Shown: positions 26,846 to 37,363, numbered from the stretch's first letter. The stretch: 64,000 nt of DNA from Patescibacteria group bacterium (GCA_028699085.1 JAQVVF010000002.1:3074-67073); one strand, 5' to 3'. Numbers and translations are program-made. Notes: generated from the letters alone by a model not told the origin.

Positions 26846-27540
26846 ATAATTTTTCCATCTGCTAATTTAATAATTCTATTAGCATAAGCCTCCTCTTCTT
26901 TTTCATGGGTCACCATCACGATTGTATGGCCTTCTTTATTTAACGCTTTAAAAATAGCTAAAACTTCTTTTGCCGCTACTGTATCAAGATTTGCTGTTGG
27001 TTCATCAGCAAAAATAACCATTGGATCATTAATCAAAGATCTAGCAATAGCAACTTTTTGTTGTTCTCCTCCAGAAAGCTGGCTCGAAAGATTATCAGAC
27101 TTTTTTTCTAATCCTACTTTTTTCAATAAAGTTTTTGCTTTATGCTTGCATGATTTATAGCTAGTTAACATCATAGCCGGAAGCATAACATTTTCCAAAG
27201 CTGAAAGTTCAGCTATTAATGCATATTCTTGAAATATATATCCTAAAAAATTGAGACGTAATTTAGTTCTTTCTTTTTCTTTCATATTAATCACTTCATT
27301 TCCTTGCAAAAAAATTTTTCCAAAATTAGGCTTATCCAAAAGACCTAATTGATGCAACAATGTTGATTTACCAGAACCATTTCTACCTACAATAATTAAA
27401 AAATCTCCTTTATAGATATCTAGAGAAACAGAATCCAAAGCTTTTACTTTAATTTCTCCTAGCTCATAAATTTTAGAGATGTTTTTTACTGATATTAAAA
27501 CTTCTTTTTTATTCATAGTATTTTTTAAAAATACTAACAA
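26842..27540 (-). CDS. ABC transporter ATP-binding protein (MacB/LolD-like)
   Basis: Walker A GRNGSGKST, signature LSGGEQQKVAIARSL, Walker B IFADEPTANLD. Confidence 0.85.
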   Translation of the reverse strand: MLVFLKNTMNKKEVLISVKNISKIYELGEIKVKALDSVSLDIYKGDFLIIVGRNGSGKSTLLHQLGLLDKPNFGKIFLQGNEVINMKEKERTKLRLNFLGYIFQEYALIAELSALENVMLPAMMLTSYKSCKHKAKTLLKKVGLEKKSDNLSSQLSGGEQQKVAIARSLINDPMVIFADEPTANLDTVAAKEVLAIFKALNKEGHTIVMVTHEKEEEAYANRIIKLADGKII

Positions 27541-28709
27541 ATTCTATTAAAGACATTTAATGTCTCCTTTGCACATTTCATCCAGTCAAACTTTAAAACT
27601 TGTCTTTTTCCTTCTGCTATCAAATGTTCTCGTAATTTTTCATCTTCCAATCCTTGTTTCATTGCCTCAAAAATTTCATTAACATTATATGGATCAACCA
27701 GTATTGCTGCTTTTTCACACACCTCTGACAATGACCCAACATTTGAGGTCACAACTGGACAACCAGCTGACATCGCTTCCAATGGCGGAAAACCAAATCC
27801 TTCATAAAAAGATGGATAAACAAACAATTTTGCTAAGCTATATAAAACAGTTTTATCCTTTTCATCAATGTAACCCAAAAATATTATATCATTTTTAAAT
27901 TCACTTTGCTCATAGATTTTCCTCACTCTTTTTTCCAACCAACCTGAAGATCCAGCTATAATTAATTTTAAATTTGATTGTTGATTTGTTTTACTGTTTG
28001 CTTGTTTCTTTAATAAATCAAATGCTTCCATCAAGCCAACAATATTTTTTCTTGGCTCCATAGCACCTAAAAACAACACAAAATTTTCCGGCAAATTATA
28101 TTTTTTTGAAACTTTCTCTATTCCCAATTCTCTACCCTGCCTATCGGCAGGCAAATTCTCAATTCTATTTTCTATTCCCGAATATACAACATATACTTTT
28201 TCTTTATTCACGCCATATTTAGTTATTAAATCGCTAGCTGTAGATTGAGATACACAAATAACAGCATCAGAATTAACAATCTTTTTTTTCGGTCCAACAA
28301 TATTATGCCAAAATCTTCTTTTTAGAGAATAAAACCTTCTAAAATAATCAAAAGACAAATCATGAATCGTTGTTACAAATTTACAATTACTAGAAACAGC
28401 AGAAAATAGAATATTTGGCGCAAAAAAAATATCCAAATCTTTGATTAATTTATCAATCTTTGGATACTTCAACAACCAGAAACTAGTATTCAAAACTTTA
28501 TTAGGATAATTAAATTTACAGATTTCAACATTAGAAAATTTTTCAAATTCACTAACATCTAAGCTATTTTTTTTATACGCATTGCAAAAAAGTTTATACT
28601 GATTTTTCTTATCAATCAGAAACAAATTACGCATCAAATTTATGAGATACTGCTGTACACCACTCCTCTTGCCTTCCATCAAAGACCTTATATCAATTCC
28701 TATAATCAT
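27534..28709 (-). CDS. Glycosyltransferase family 4
   Basis: EGFGFPPLEAMSAGCPVV motif. Confidence 0.8.
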   Translation of the reverse strand: MIIGIDIRSLMEGKRSGVQQYLINLMRNLFLIDKKNQYKLFCNAYKKNSLDVSEFEKFSNVEICKFNYPNKVLNTSFWLLKYPKIDKLIKDLDIFFAPNILFSAVSSNCKFVTTIHDLSFDYFRRFYSLKRRFWHNIVGPKKKIVNSDAVICVSQSTASDLITKYGVNKEKVYVVYSGIENRIENLPADRQGRELGIEKVSKKYNLPENFVLFLGAMEPRKNIVGLMEAFDLLKKQANSKTNQQSNLKLIIAGSSGWLEKRVRKIYEQSEFKNDIIFLGYIDEKDKTVLYSLAKLFVYPSFYEGFGFPPLEAMSAGCPVVTSNVGSLSEVCEKAAILVDPYNVNEIFEAMKQGLEDEKLREHLIAEGKRQVLKFDWMKCAKETLNVFNRIC

Positions 28710-28734
28710 AAACGAAAACTAAAAACATAAAAAA

Positions 28735-29343
28735 TCAGTTTTCTTCTCTAAAATATTCCCACAAAAATGCTAATCCGATTCCAACAAACAGACCAGCAAC
28801 AAGACCAATCAAAGTCAACATTAGAGGACTATATTTTACTTCCGTAATGATTGGATCTTCGGAAATTACATCAAAAGCATTTTTTTGTTCATTGGTTACT
28901 TCCAAACTAGCTACTTTATTTTTCATAACATCAACAGTTGCCTTTGACAACTTCTCTAAATCTTGTCTATTCTTATTTGTTAATCTCATTTCGACTTGAT
29001 GAGCAGAAACTTGTTTTGGTTTAAACTTTTTTGCATCTTTGTAAATATCATCTGGAGCAACATTCGCTTCTGTATAAATTTCTTGAACAATATTTGGAGT
29101 TTGTAACCAACCTGCTACCGTATTTGAAACAATTTCGACAGCCTTACCAGCATAATAATTATCATATTGATAATCAGCTGTCGCTTCTTTATTCACGCGA
29201 TGAAAAGACATTGAAATATTAGAACTAAAAGCTTGAGGTTTAGCATAGGCATAAATCAGTGCTGCCAAACCACACAAAATAATACAAGCAACTATTGTAA
29301 ATTTGTGTCTCAAAACTACTTGAATATAATTCTTTGGATGCAT
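28735..29343 (-). CDS. Wzz-like polysaccharide chain-length determinant (short form)
   Basis: N-terminal and C-terminal TM helices flank a soluble domain, a topology typical of the PCP/Wzz family. Assignment is by topology and gene context only. Confidence 0.4.
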   Translation of the reverse strand: MHPKNYIQVVLRHKFTIVACIILCGLAALIYAYAKPQAFSSNISMSFHRVNKEATADYQYDNYYAGKAVEIVSNTVAGWLQTPNIVQEIYTEANVAPDDIYKDAKKFKPKQVSAHQVEMRLTNKNRQDLEKLSKATVDVMKNKVASLEVTNEQKNAFDVISEDPIITEVKYSPLMLTLIGLVAGLFVGIGLAFLWEYFREEN

Positions 29344-29374
29344 AATTGTTTATTAGTTTTTAATAAATCAAAAA

Positions 29375-30499
29375 TTAATTTATTTTGTAATAATTTTCTC
29401 TGCTGTCTTTAAAATTTCTATAAGAATCAAAAATATATTTTTCTATTCGATTTTTAAATAATTTTATATCAAAATCCAAAGCTCTCTTTCTTATTTCTTC
29501 TGGATTAAAATCTTTATCATTAAAATCTCTCACAGCATCAACTAAACTCCACGGAGATTGATCTTCAAATAAGATACCAGTTTTCTTAGGAATTACTGTT
29601 TCTACTGCTCCACCTTTTTTATAAGCAATAACTGGCCTTCCAGATGCCATTGCCTCCAAAGCAGTAATGCCAAAATCTTCTTCTTGAGGGTGAATAAAAG
29701 CTTTGCATCTTGAAAGATAATATGCTTTTTCTTTATCCGAAACTGGACCTAAAAATTCAATATTATCATTTGCCATTTTTTTCAAAGTTTCTAATTCTTC
29801 TCCTGTCCCGATTACCTTTAATGGCAATCTTAATGCATTAAAAGCTTCAACAACTAGATCAACTCTTTTATAAGGACGAAGTCTTGAAACAACCAAAAAA
29901 TAATCATCAATATCATTAGAAATATAATATTTACCTGTTTCAACAGGAGGATAAATAATATCGCTTTTTCTTTTATAATATTTTTCTATTCTTTCAGAAA
30001 CTGTCTTAGAATTAGCAATCATTTTGTCAACTCTTAAAGCAGCTAATTGATCCCAAGTTCTAATTTTCTGCAAAACTAAAGGCAACATTTTTTTAATAAC
30101 ACCTGGCTGCTTTATTTCTTCTGTATAACTATGCGTATCATTCCAAAGATATCTCGTTGGAGAATGAACATAGCTAATATGTAAAGTTTCCGGTCTGACA
30201 ATTACTCCTTTTGAAAATGCAGAACAATCAGACAACACAATATCATATTTAGAAAAATCAAATTGCTCAATAGCTGCTGGCATCATTGAGATATACCATT
30301 TATATTGTTTAACACCAAAAGGCAGACGTTGAATAAAAGATGTCTTTATATTTAAGTGCTTAAAAGCACCTCGAGTTTCTTTCTCATCGTATGTAATTGT
30401 ATAAACAGGAGCTCTTGGAAAAATTTCATGAAAAATTTCCAAGACTTTTTCAGCCCCACCAACTTGATTTAAAAAATCATGTACTAATGCTACTTTCAT
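29375..30499 (-). CDS. Glycosyltransferase family 4
   Basis: ITALEAMASGRPVIAYKKGGAVE motif. Confidence 0.8.
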   Translation of the reverse strand: MKVALVHDFLNQVGGAEKVLEIFHEIFPRAPVYTITYDEKETRGAFKHLNIKTSFIQRLPFGVKQYKWYISMMPAAIEQFDFSKYDIVLSDCSAFSKGVIVRPETLHISYVHSPTRYLWNDTHSYTEEIKQPGVIKKMLPLVLQKIRTWDQLAALRVDKMIANSKTVSERIEKYYKRKSDIIYPPVETGKYYISNDIDDYFLVVSRLRPYKRVDLVVEAFNALRLPLKVIGTGEELETLKKMANDNIEFLGPVSDKEKAYYLSRCKAFIHPQEEDFGITALEAMASGRPVIAYKKGGAVETVIPKKTGILFEDQSPWSLVDAVRDFNDKDFNPEEIRKRALDFDIKLFKNRIEKYIFDSYRNFKDSRENYYKIN

Positions 30500-30591
30500 A
30501 ACAAATTTAAAGTTTAAATCTCAAAATGTAAAATGACAATTTTAATTTTTTATTTGTCATTTTTCATTTTAAATTTTTCATTTTTAATTTT

Positions 30592-31977
30592 CTATGCTGC
30601 TCCATGCATTGTTATAACAATTATGATTGTCTTCAAAAAAATCTGTAAATCTAACAACAACGACCAATTTTCAATATAATAGGTATCTAATCGAACTTCT
30701 TCATTAAAACTAAGATCAGAAGCTCCGGAAACTTGCGCCATTCCAGTCATTCCCGGCTTTATTTCTAAAACTCGTCTTTGATGCTTTGTATATTTTTCTA
30801 CTTCTTGTGGCTCATGTGGTCTTGGACCAATCAAACTCATTTCATTTCGAATAACATTCATCAATTGAGGCCATTCATCAATTCTTGTTTTTCTTAAAAA
30901 TTTTCCTACTCTCGTAATTCTAGGATCATCTTTCATCTTAAATAATGGACCTTTCCTTTCACTATATTTCAGTAATTCTTTTTTCATCCTGTGGGCATTC
31001 TTAACCATTGATCTAAATTTAAAAATATAGAATTCACCATCTTTTTTCACTCGTTTCAATTTTACAAAAACCGTTCCTCGAGAATCAATTTTGATAATTA
31101 ATGCAATCAATAAAAATATTGGCGATAGAATAATCAACAAAACTAATGCCAAGATAACATCAATTATTCTCTTGATAATTCTGCCCCATCCATCCAAAGG
31201 AGTTCTTCTTAAATATACAATTGGAACACCATAAAAAGTTTCCACATCGATATTTGTTGCTTGTGTACCAAAAAGATCTGGTGCATATTTAAAATCAATT
31301 TTTCTTTCATCGGCAAAATCTATCAAAGATAGCACTTGACCTTTTGGTAATTTGGGGTCAATCTGAATAATTTCATCAATTCCCTTTCGCTGAGAGATCC
31401 TCTCTAATGTTCCTTCTACAGTTTCATTAAAACTTTTAATTCTCGCAACTACCTTATAACCAGAATATTTTTTATCTGTTAGATAACGAACAATGCTTTG
31501 GCTAATTGGATTTAAACCGACTAATACAACTCGATGAACACCGATATTGAAACGAAAAAGCCATTTCTGAAAAATCTTGACCAGCTGACGAGCAAAAACA
31601 ACATAGAAAATACTTAAAAACCAAACTACTAGAACAATGAAACGAGATCCAAATAATTCTTGAGCAAAGAATAAAAAGGCAAAAATCGCTGCCATGCCAG
31701 TTGAAACTGCTACAAATACTAAATACAAATCATCAACAAATCTTCTTTTTTTCTTTACGTCATACAATCCCAAAAAAGCAAAAATCAATAACCAAGCCAC
31801 AGCAATCACAGCTACAAAAATAATAAATTGCGCAAACGGTAAATCAAATTTTACTTCTCTGATATCAACAAAATAATTAGTGAATCTCAAAAAATAAGCT
31901 GAAATAGCAGCCAAAACAAGCATTATGAAATCTAATGGAACTAATGCAGCAGTAAAAAACAATTCAGATCTCTTCAT
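30592..31977 (-). CDS. Polyprenyl-phosphate sugar phosphotransferase (WbaP/EpsL-like initiating transferase)
   Basis: Multi-TM N-terminal region and a C-terminal Bac_transf domain (IGPRPHEPQEVEKY...KPGMTGMAQVSG). Confidence 0.85.
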   Translation of the reverse strand: MKRSELFFTAALVPLDFIMLVLAAISAYFLRFTNYFVDIREVKFDLPFAQFIIFVAVIAVAWLLIFAFLGLYDVKKKRRFVDDLYLVFVAVSTGMAAIFAFLFFAQELFGSRFIVLVVWFLSIFYVVFARQLVKIFQKWLFRFNIGVHRVVLVGLNPISQSIVRYLTDKKYSGYKVVARIKSFNETVEGTLERISQRKGIDEIIQIDPKLPKGQVLSLIDFADERKIDFKYAPDLFGTQATNIDVETFYGVPIVYLRRTPLDGWGRIIKRIIDVILALVLLIILSPIFLLIALIIKIDSRGTVFVKLKRVKKDGEFYIFKFRSMVKNAHRMKKELLKYSERKGPLFKMKDDPRITRVGKFLRKTRIDEWPQLMNVIRNEMSLIGPRPHEPQEVEKYTKHQRRVLEIKPGMTGMAQVSGASDLSFNEEVRLDTYYIENWSLLLDLQIFLKTIIIVITMHGAA

Positions 31978-32004
31978 GTTGGCAGAAAAAAATTATTAGA
32001 AAGA

Positions 32005-32039
32005 GTTAACTGTTAACTGTCAACTGTTAACTATTAACT
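32005..32039. repeat. Five tandem heptads (GTTAACT GTTAACT GTCAACT GTTAACT ATTAACT) with an embedded promoter upstream of the sugar-transferase gene
   Basis: On the minus strand the array contains TTGACA, a 17-nt spacer and TCTAAT, about 25 nt before the ATG at 31977. Each heptad carries the palindromic hexamer GTTAAC. Confidence 0.5.
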
Positions 32040-32106
32040 AGCATTATTTTACCCTAAAAATAAAAAAAACTCAACAAAACCTGTTGAATTGTTTATAACT
32101 TTTAAA

Positions 32107-32576
32107 AACTCAAGTAAGTCAGTAAGCCAGGTTCTGTACCGCACATAAAATTTTATGTGCGGTAGTGATTATCTCTCTAGACTGTCGATCGCTCGACAGC
32201 TCAAGCCCCAGTTTATATTGGGTTGCATCAGGTAGAGTTTGCCCTATTGTTATGTCACCATAACAATCTGTGGTCTCTTAAACCACTCTTTTCACCCTTA
32301 CCTAGCACATAAATGCACTAGGCGGTATATGTCTCTGTGGTACTTGTCCTAGCTTCAAAACAACCAGTTCTCTTAAGAAGAACCGGATATTTCTTATACT
32401 TGGTTCCATTTCGGAACTACCACTTAATTCGGAAGTCGGAAATCGGAGCTTCAGAAATCGGAACGATCCGACCTCCGACATCCGATATCTGACTTCCGAA
32501 TTGATGCCCGGACTTTCCTCCCCGCACATAACTTTTGTAAATCATGCACAGAGCAATCACTCAACTTACTTGAGTT
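32107..32576 (-). ncRNA. rnpB: RNase P RNA (bacterial type, about 470 nt with an expansion segment)
   Basis: The minus strand contains GGAAAGTCCGGGC (P4 5' strand), AAGGGTGAAA (P10/11 region), ACAGAACCTGGCTTA (P4 3' strand) and a 13-bp P1 between 32564-32576 and 32107-32119. A candidate promoter is minus-strand TTGACA (32604-32609), 17 nt, TATTAT (32581-32586). Confidence 0.8.
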
Positions 32577-32748
32577 AAATAATAATAGCAAAACTTAACA
32601 AATTTGTCAATATCAGTTTTAAGGCTTATATTAGGCAAAAAAATCATAAACCAAAAAGCAATAAAACAATTTAACAATATCACAATACCCGCAATATCCA
32701 ATTTTCTTAAATTTCATTTTTTTAACCAGTTTAACAAATCTAACTAGT

Positions 32749-33192
32749 CTAACTTTTTTTTTCTTTATCTAATGCTTCATTAACCAATCTATCCGCCTCT
32801 TTATTTTTTTCACGCGGAATATGACTAAATTTTACACTTTCAAAATTTTTAATTAATCCTTGAACAATAGAAAACAAAGGTTTCATGTTTTTATTTTTCA
32901 CCTTGTATTGCCCTTTCAATTGCTTTACAACTAACTCACTATCCAAATAGCAATGAACAGATTTTGCTTTAAAATTCTGTGCTTCCTGTAAACCAACGAT
33001 CAACGCGTTATATTCTGCCTGATTATTAGTAGCCTCACCAATAAATTCAGAAACTTTTTCAACTGCCAAGCCATCGGAATTATAAAGCACTACTCCAATT
33101 CCAGCTGGACCAGGATTTCCTCTTGATCCACCATCAGTATAGATGTCTAATTCTTTTGTTTTTTTACTATCAATATAATCTGTCGTCGCCAT
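32749..33192 (-). CDS. rnhA: Ribonuclease HI
   Basis: IYTDGGSRGNPGPAGIGVV...NNQAEYNALIVGL catalytic-core motifs. Confidence 0.85.
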   Translation of the reverse strand: MATTDYIDSKKTKELDIYTDGGSRGNPGPAGIGVVLYNSDGLAVEKVSEFIGEATNNQAEYNALIVGLQEAQNFKAKSVHCYLDSELVVKQLKGQYKVKNKNMKPLFSIVQGLIKNFESVKFSHIPREKNKEADRLVNEALDKEKKS

Positions 33193-33337
33193 AGTCGTAA
33201 TTGTTTAATTGCTAAATTGTTAAAAAGTTTTCCCGTCAACAATTTAACAATAAAACAATTAAACAATTCAGACAATATAAAAAAAGCCGTAAATTTTAAT
33301 TACGGCTTTCATATAGGGAATTCTACTTCTCACAATT

Positions 33338-35347
33338 TTATTCAAAATCTAAATTTTGTTCTTCAGTTATTTCAGAGTTAGTCAGATTTGACAAAGCATC
33401 TTTAGAAGCAATCACAAATTTTACTTTCTCTAGTGTTCTAAAATAGAATGTCGGAGCAAATGGCCTGTTCTTTGTAGTAATATCTAAAGGATTAGGAATT
33501 GTATTTTTTGGGGTTTTGATAAGATAATTTCTAATTTTAAATTTTATTGTGTGTGATGTTTTGTTTTGATAAATTCGGTATGGTCCTCGCCAGTTGTTAT
33601 CTCTATCTTTGATGAATAATCTTAGATCTTTTTCTTTAATCTTGGTTTTATCAAGTTTTGTTTTTGAATAACGAATAGCTACATTAAAATTAATATGCTT
33701 ATTAACTTTTTTGGAATAAGCTTTTTTAACTGTGCCGATATTTGATGACAGTTTTAGATAGCCTGGATAGCTGTTCTTTTTCGTGAAACTGCCAAGATAT
33801 TTCTTTTTGTTTCTATTTAATTTAGTGTAAAGCTTGTTAATGACTTTTGCTTTTGGAAGCTTGTAAAATGTTAAATCTGCATTTGCTTCATTACTTTCAT
33901 AGATTTGATTTAAGACTGTGTCTTTAAGATCAATTTTTTCTGAAAAAGGAGTTGGAGTTACTGGAATTGAAATTGTGTACACTTCTGTTTTTACATCTTC
34001 AATATTTCCTGGACCATCGACAGAAAAGAATTTTAAAGTCGTATCTTCAGAAATAGTGATTGGAGATGAATAGACATTAGAAGATGTTGTTGGTGTTGAG
34101 CCGTCAGTTGTGTAATATGTTCCAGTAACTGTTGAATCTGTATCTGTAGCTGATAAAGTTACTATTTGATCTGAAGTATATGTGCCACCAGCTGGTGAAG
34201 CTGTTGTTATTGGAGCGATATAATCTATATACCAGGAAGCAATACTCTTTGTAGTAATTCCATCTGCTGAATAAAAATATCCTCCAGTATACAATTCATT
34301 ATTATAAACTGCCAAAGCATTAACTGTACTATTAACACCAAAAATTCCTACTTTGCTCCAGCTAGTCCCATTCCATTTAGCAATACGTCTTGCAACAGTA
34401 TCATCAACGTTATAAAAATGTCCTCCAATATACAATTCATTATTATAAACTGCCAAAGCATTAACTTTCCTATTAGCCATTGTACCTAAACCAGAAGTAC
34501 CTACTTGGCTCCAATTAATACCATTCCATTTGGCAATACCATTAACAGTAATGCCATCAGCTGTTGCAAGTTCTCCTCCAGCGTATAGTTCATTTTGATA
34601 AACTGCTAAAGAATAAACTCTAGAATTCATACCTGAAAGACCAACTTTACTCCAATTAGAACCATTCCATTTAGCAATATAATTAACAGTAATATCGTCA
34701 ACTATGGTAAAATGCCCTCCAGCGTACAACTCATTATTGTAAACTGCTAAAACATCTGGATATTGGTTCATTCCTGAAGTACCAACAGCACTCCAGTTAG
34801 CACCATTCCATTTAGCGATACGATTTATAGAAATGCCATCTGCTGCAGTAAAAAGTCCTCCAGCATATAATTCATTATTATAAGCTCCTAAAGTAGTTAC
34901 GATAGAATTCATTCCTGAAATGCCTACCTTGCTCCAGTTAGTGCCATTCCATTTTGCAATATAATTGACAGTGATACCGTCCATTGTAATGAAATCTCCT
35001 CCAACATATAATTCATCGTTATAAACAGCTAAACCATAGATTGTACTGCCAATTTCCGTACCTGAAGTACCTACCAGGCTCCAATTAGTGCCATTCCATT
35101 TAGCAATATGATTAACAGTAATGCCATCAACAGTAGCAAAATCGCCTCCAGCATACAATTCATTTTTATAAACTACTAAAGCATTGATTCCTCCATAACT
35201 CCATTGAGTGCCATCACTTTCCATGCCTGAAATTCCAACTTTGTTCCAAGCTGAGCTTGTTCTAGCAAGAGCCTGATTAGCTAAAAAATAGCATGAGCCT
35301 AGAGCCAAGAATGCAAAAACAATACTTCTTAAAAATGTCTTTTTCAT
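33338..35347 (-). CDS. Secreted beta-propeller surface protein (paralog 3) with a distinct K-rich C-terminal domain
   Basis: Start set at MKKTFLRS, a signal peptide; the ORF-track extension to 35386 lies in the leader. It has about 7-8 blades (VYNNELYAGGxFT...NxIAKWNGxNWS), the same Ig-like segment, and a diverged K-rich tail. Confidence 0.75.
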   Translation of the reverse strand: MKKTFLRSIVFAFLALGSCYFLANQALARTSSAWNKVGISGMESDGTQWSYGGINALVVYKNELYAGGDFATVDGITVNHIAKWNGTNWSLVGTSGTEIGSTIYGLAVYNDELYVGGDFITMDGITVNYIAKWNGTNWSKVGISGMNSIVTTLGAYNNELYAGGLFTAADGISINRIAKWNGANWSAVGTSGMNQYPDVLAVYNNELYAGGHFTIVDDITVNYIAKWNGSNWSKVGLSGMNSRVYSLAVYQNELYAGGELATADGITVNGIAKWNGINWSQVGTSGLGTMANRKVNALAVYNNELYIGGHFYNVDDTVARRIAKWNGTSWSKVGIFGVNSTVNALAVYNNELYTGGYFYSADGITTKSIASWYIDYIAPITTASPAGGTYTSDQIVTLSATDTDSTVTGTYYTTDGSTPTTSSNVYSSPITISEDTTLKFFSVDGPGNIEDVKTEVYTISIPVTPTPFSEKIDLKDTVLNQIYESNEANADLTFYKLPKAKVINKLYTKLNRNKKKYLGSFTKKNSYPGYLKLSSNIGTVKKAYSKKVNKHINFNVAIRYSKTKLDKTKIKEKDLRLFIKDRDNNWRGPYRIYQNKTSHTIKFKIRNYLIKTPKNTIPNPLDITTKNRPFAPTFYFRTLEKVKFVIASKDALSNLTNSEITEEQNLDFE

Positions 35348-35420
35348 TAATTTTAATTTTATTTTACTTGTCCGCCGAAGTTTCACAAAACGAAGGCGGA
35401 TAAAGATTTTAATTAATTAT

Positions 35421-35478
<58 letters not shown>

Positions 35479-35538
35479 GATTGAAAATAAAAAAGACGGA
35501 TCACATTTGAATCCGTCTTTGTCTTTTGAAAATCTACT

Positions 35539-37302
35539 CTATTTCACTCCAATCGCAAAATATTGTGTCTTAACTGGATATTTCGTAAAATATTTTACAA
35601 TGAATTTCTTGTCTTTCTTAATTATCTTAGCATCTGTAAATGCTGTATTGATATTCTGCCAAACGCCAGTTCCTTTTTTGTATTTTAAGTACAGATTTGA
35701 TTTTGTTGCTGACTTATTCTTCTTTAAGTATTTCTTTAATTGCTTTTTTGTGAATTTAAATGATACTTTGATTTTGTATTTTTGTGATGATTTTTTTACT
35801 TTGTATTTATATAAATTAGTTGTTAATTTCCACTTTTTCAAGAATGTTTTATCAGGATAACCTTTTTGTTTTTTCAGTTTCATCCAATAATTGTTATTCT
35901 TTGTTAATTTAGTTGGAAGATATTTAAATGTTGTTACTGAATCATTACAAGATATTTTCTGTTCTGATAAATATGATGCTAATGTCACTTTCGTTCCGCA
36001 TAAATCAATTTCATAAGTTTCTGTTTTTACTTCTTCAACATTGCCTGCGCTATCAACTGAAAAAAACTTCAAAGTTGTATCTTCAGTAATTGATATTGGA
36101 GCTGAATAAACTGATGAAGAAATTGTTGGAGTTGAACCATCAATAGTGTAATATGTTGCTGAAATTGGTGAATCTGTGTCAGTTGCGGTTAACGTAACAT
36201 TTTGGACTGCAGTATATGTACCGCCTACTGGTGAAGCTACTGTTGTTGGAGCTGTTGTATCTATATACCAAGAAGCAATGTAATTTACTGAAACATCGCC
36301 TGCAGTAATAAAAGTTCCTCCTGCATAAAGTTCGTCATTGTAAACAGCTAACGAAAAAACTACTGGGGGTAAACCTTCCGTACCAGTCATCCCAGACCCT
36401 GCTGGGCTCCAAGAAGAACCATTCCATTTAGCGATATTATATGCAGTAGTACCGCCAGCTGTAGTGAAAGAGCCTCCTGCGTATAGTTCATTATTATAGA
36501 CTGCTAAAGAATAAACATGAGTATTACTACCCGCCATTCCCGTACCAACTGTATTCCAATTTGTCCCATCCCATCTAGCAATATAATTGACTGTATGACC
36601 ACCAGCAGTAATAAAATCTCCTCCAGCATACAATTCATTATTATAAACTGCTAATGTCCTGATTCTATCGCTAGTTGATGAAAGAGTAAGACTGCTCCAG
36701 GCAGTACCGTTCCATTTAGCAATTTTAGCTGCTGGAGTTGTAAAAGATCCCGCAGCATATAGTTCATTATTATATTCTGCTAAAGCATAAACATCATTAT
36801 CCATTCCACTTCCTACTGCACTCCAAGATGAACCATCCCATTTAGCAATATTGCTAACTGGCGCCGTAAAGAATCCTCCGACATATAAATTATTACCATA
36901 AACAGCTAAAGACCGAACTTCATCATCCATCCCTGAATTAATTGATCTCCAATTACTACCATCCCATTCAGCAATATATGTAACTGCAATACCGCCAGCA
37001 GTAGTAAAAGCACCTCCAGCATATAATTTATTATTATAAACAGCCATAGTATATACATAATTATCCATTCCAGAGCCAACTTGGCTCCAACTAGTTCCAT
37101 TCCATTTTGCTATGAAATTTGTAAAAGTTCCTCCAACATAGAGCTCATTATTATATACAGCAAAAGAAGCAACTGGAAAATCTACTCCAGATCCAACAGC
37201 ACTCCAGCTCGAACTAGTTCTCGCAAAAGATTGATTTGCCATAAAACAAGATCCTACAATCAAAATCATAAACAGCGCAATTTTTAAAAACCATTTTTTC
37301 AT
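35539..37302 (-). CDS. Secreted beta-propeller surface protein with K-rich C-terminal domain (paralog 4)
   Basis: Signal peptide MKKWFLKIALFMILIVGSCFMANQSFA, repeated blades, an Ig-like segment, and a K-rich domain about 90% identical to paralogs 1 and 5. Confidence 0.8.
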   Translation of the reverse strand: MKKWFLKIALFMILIVGSCFMANQSFARTSSSWSAVGSGVDFPVASFAVYNNELYVGGTFTNFIAKWNGTSWSQVGSGMDNYVYTMAVYNNKLYAGGAFTTAGGIAVTYIAEWDGSNWRSINSGMDDEVRSLAVYGNNLYVGGFFTAPVSNIAKWDGSSWSAVGSGMDNDVYALAEYNNELYAAGSFTTPAAKIAKWNGTAWSSLTLSSTSDRIRTLAVYNNELYAGGDFITAGGHTVNYIARWDGTNWNTVGTGMAGSNTHVYSLAVYNNELYAGGSFTTAGGTTAYNIAKWNGSSWSPAGSGMTGTEGLPPVVFSLAVYNDELYAGGTFITAGDVSVNYIASWYIDTTAPTTVASPVGGTYTAVQNVTLTATDTDSPISATYYTIDGSTPTISSSVYSAPISITEDTTLKFFSVDSAGNVEEVKTETYEIDLCGTKVTLASYLSEQKISCNDSVTTFKYLPTKLTKNNNYWMKLKKQKGYPDKTFLKKWKLTTNLYKYKVKKSSQKYKIKVSFKFTKKQLKKYLKKNKSATKSNLYLKYKKGTGVWQNINTAFTDAKIIKKDKKFIVKYFTKYPVKTQYFAIGVK

Positions 37303-37363
37303 TATTTTATTTTATTTTTTATAAATATTTCTTAATGATTTAAGAATATGATAAATTGATATT

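Noticed and set aside
32005-32039. Possible CRISPR array (also considered for the (GAA)n tracts at 35438-35464 and 58543-58563)
   Set aside because: The units are 3-7 nt with no spacers and there are no cas genes. They are simple tandem repeats in promoter regions.
32302-32529. 75-aa ORF on the minus strand
   Set aside because: Completely internal to RNase P RNA, which has conserved P4 and P10-12 motifs and a P1 helix. It is a structural-RNA artefact.
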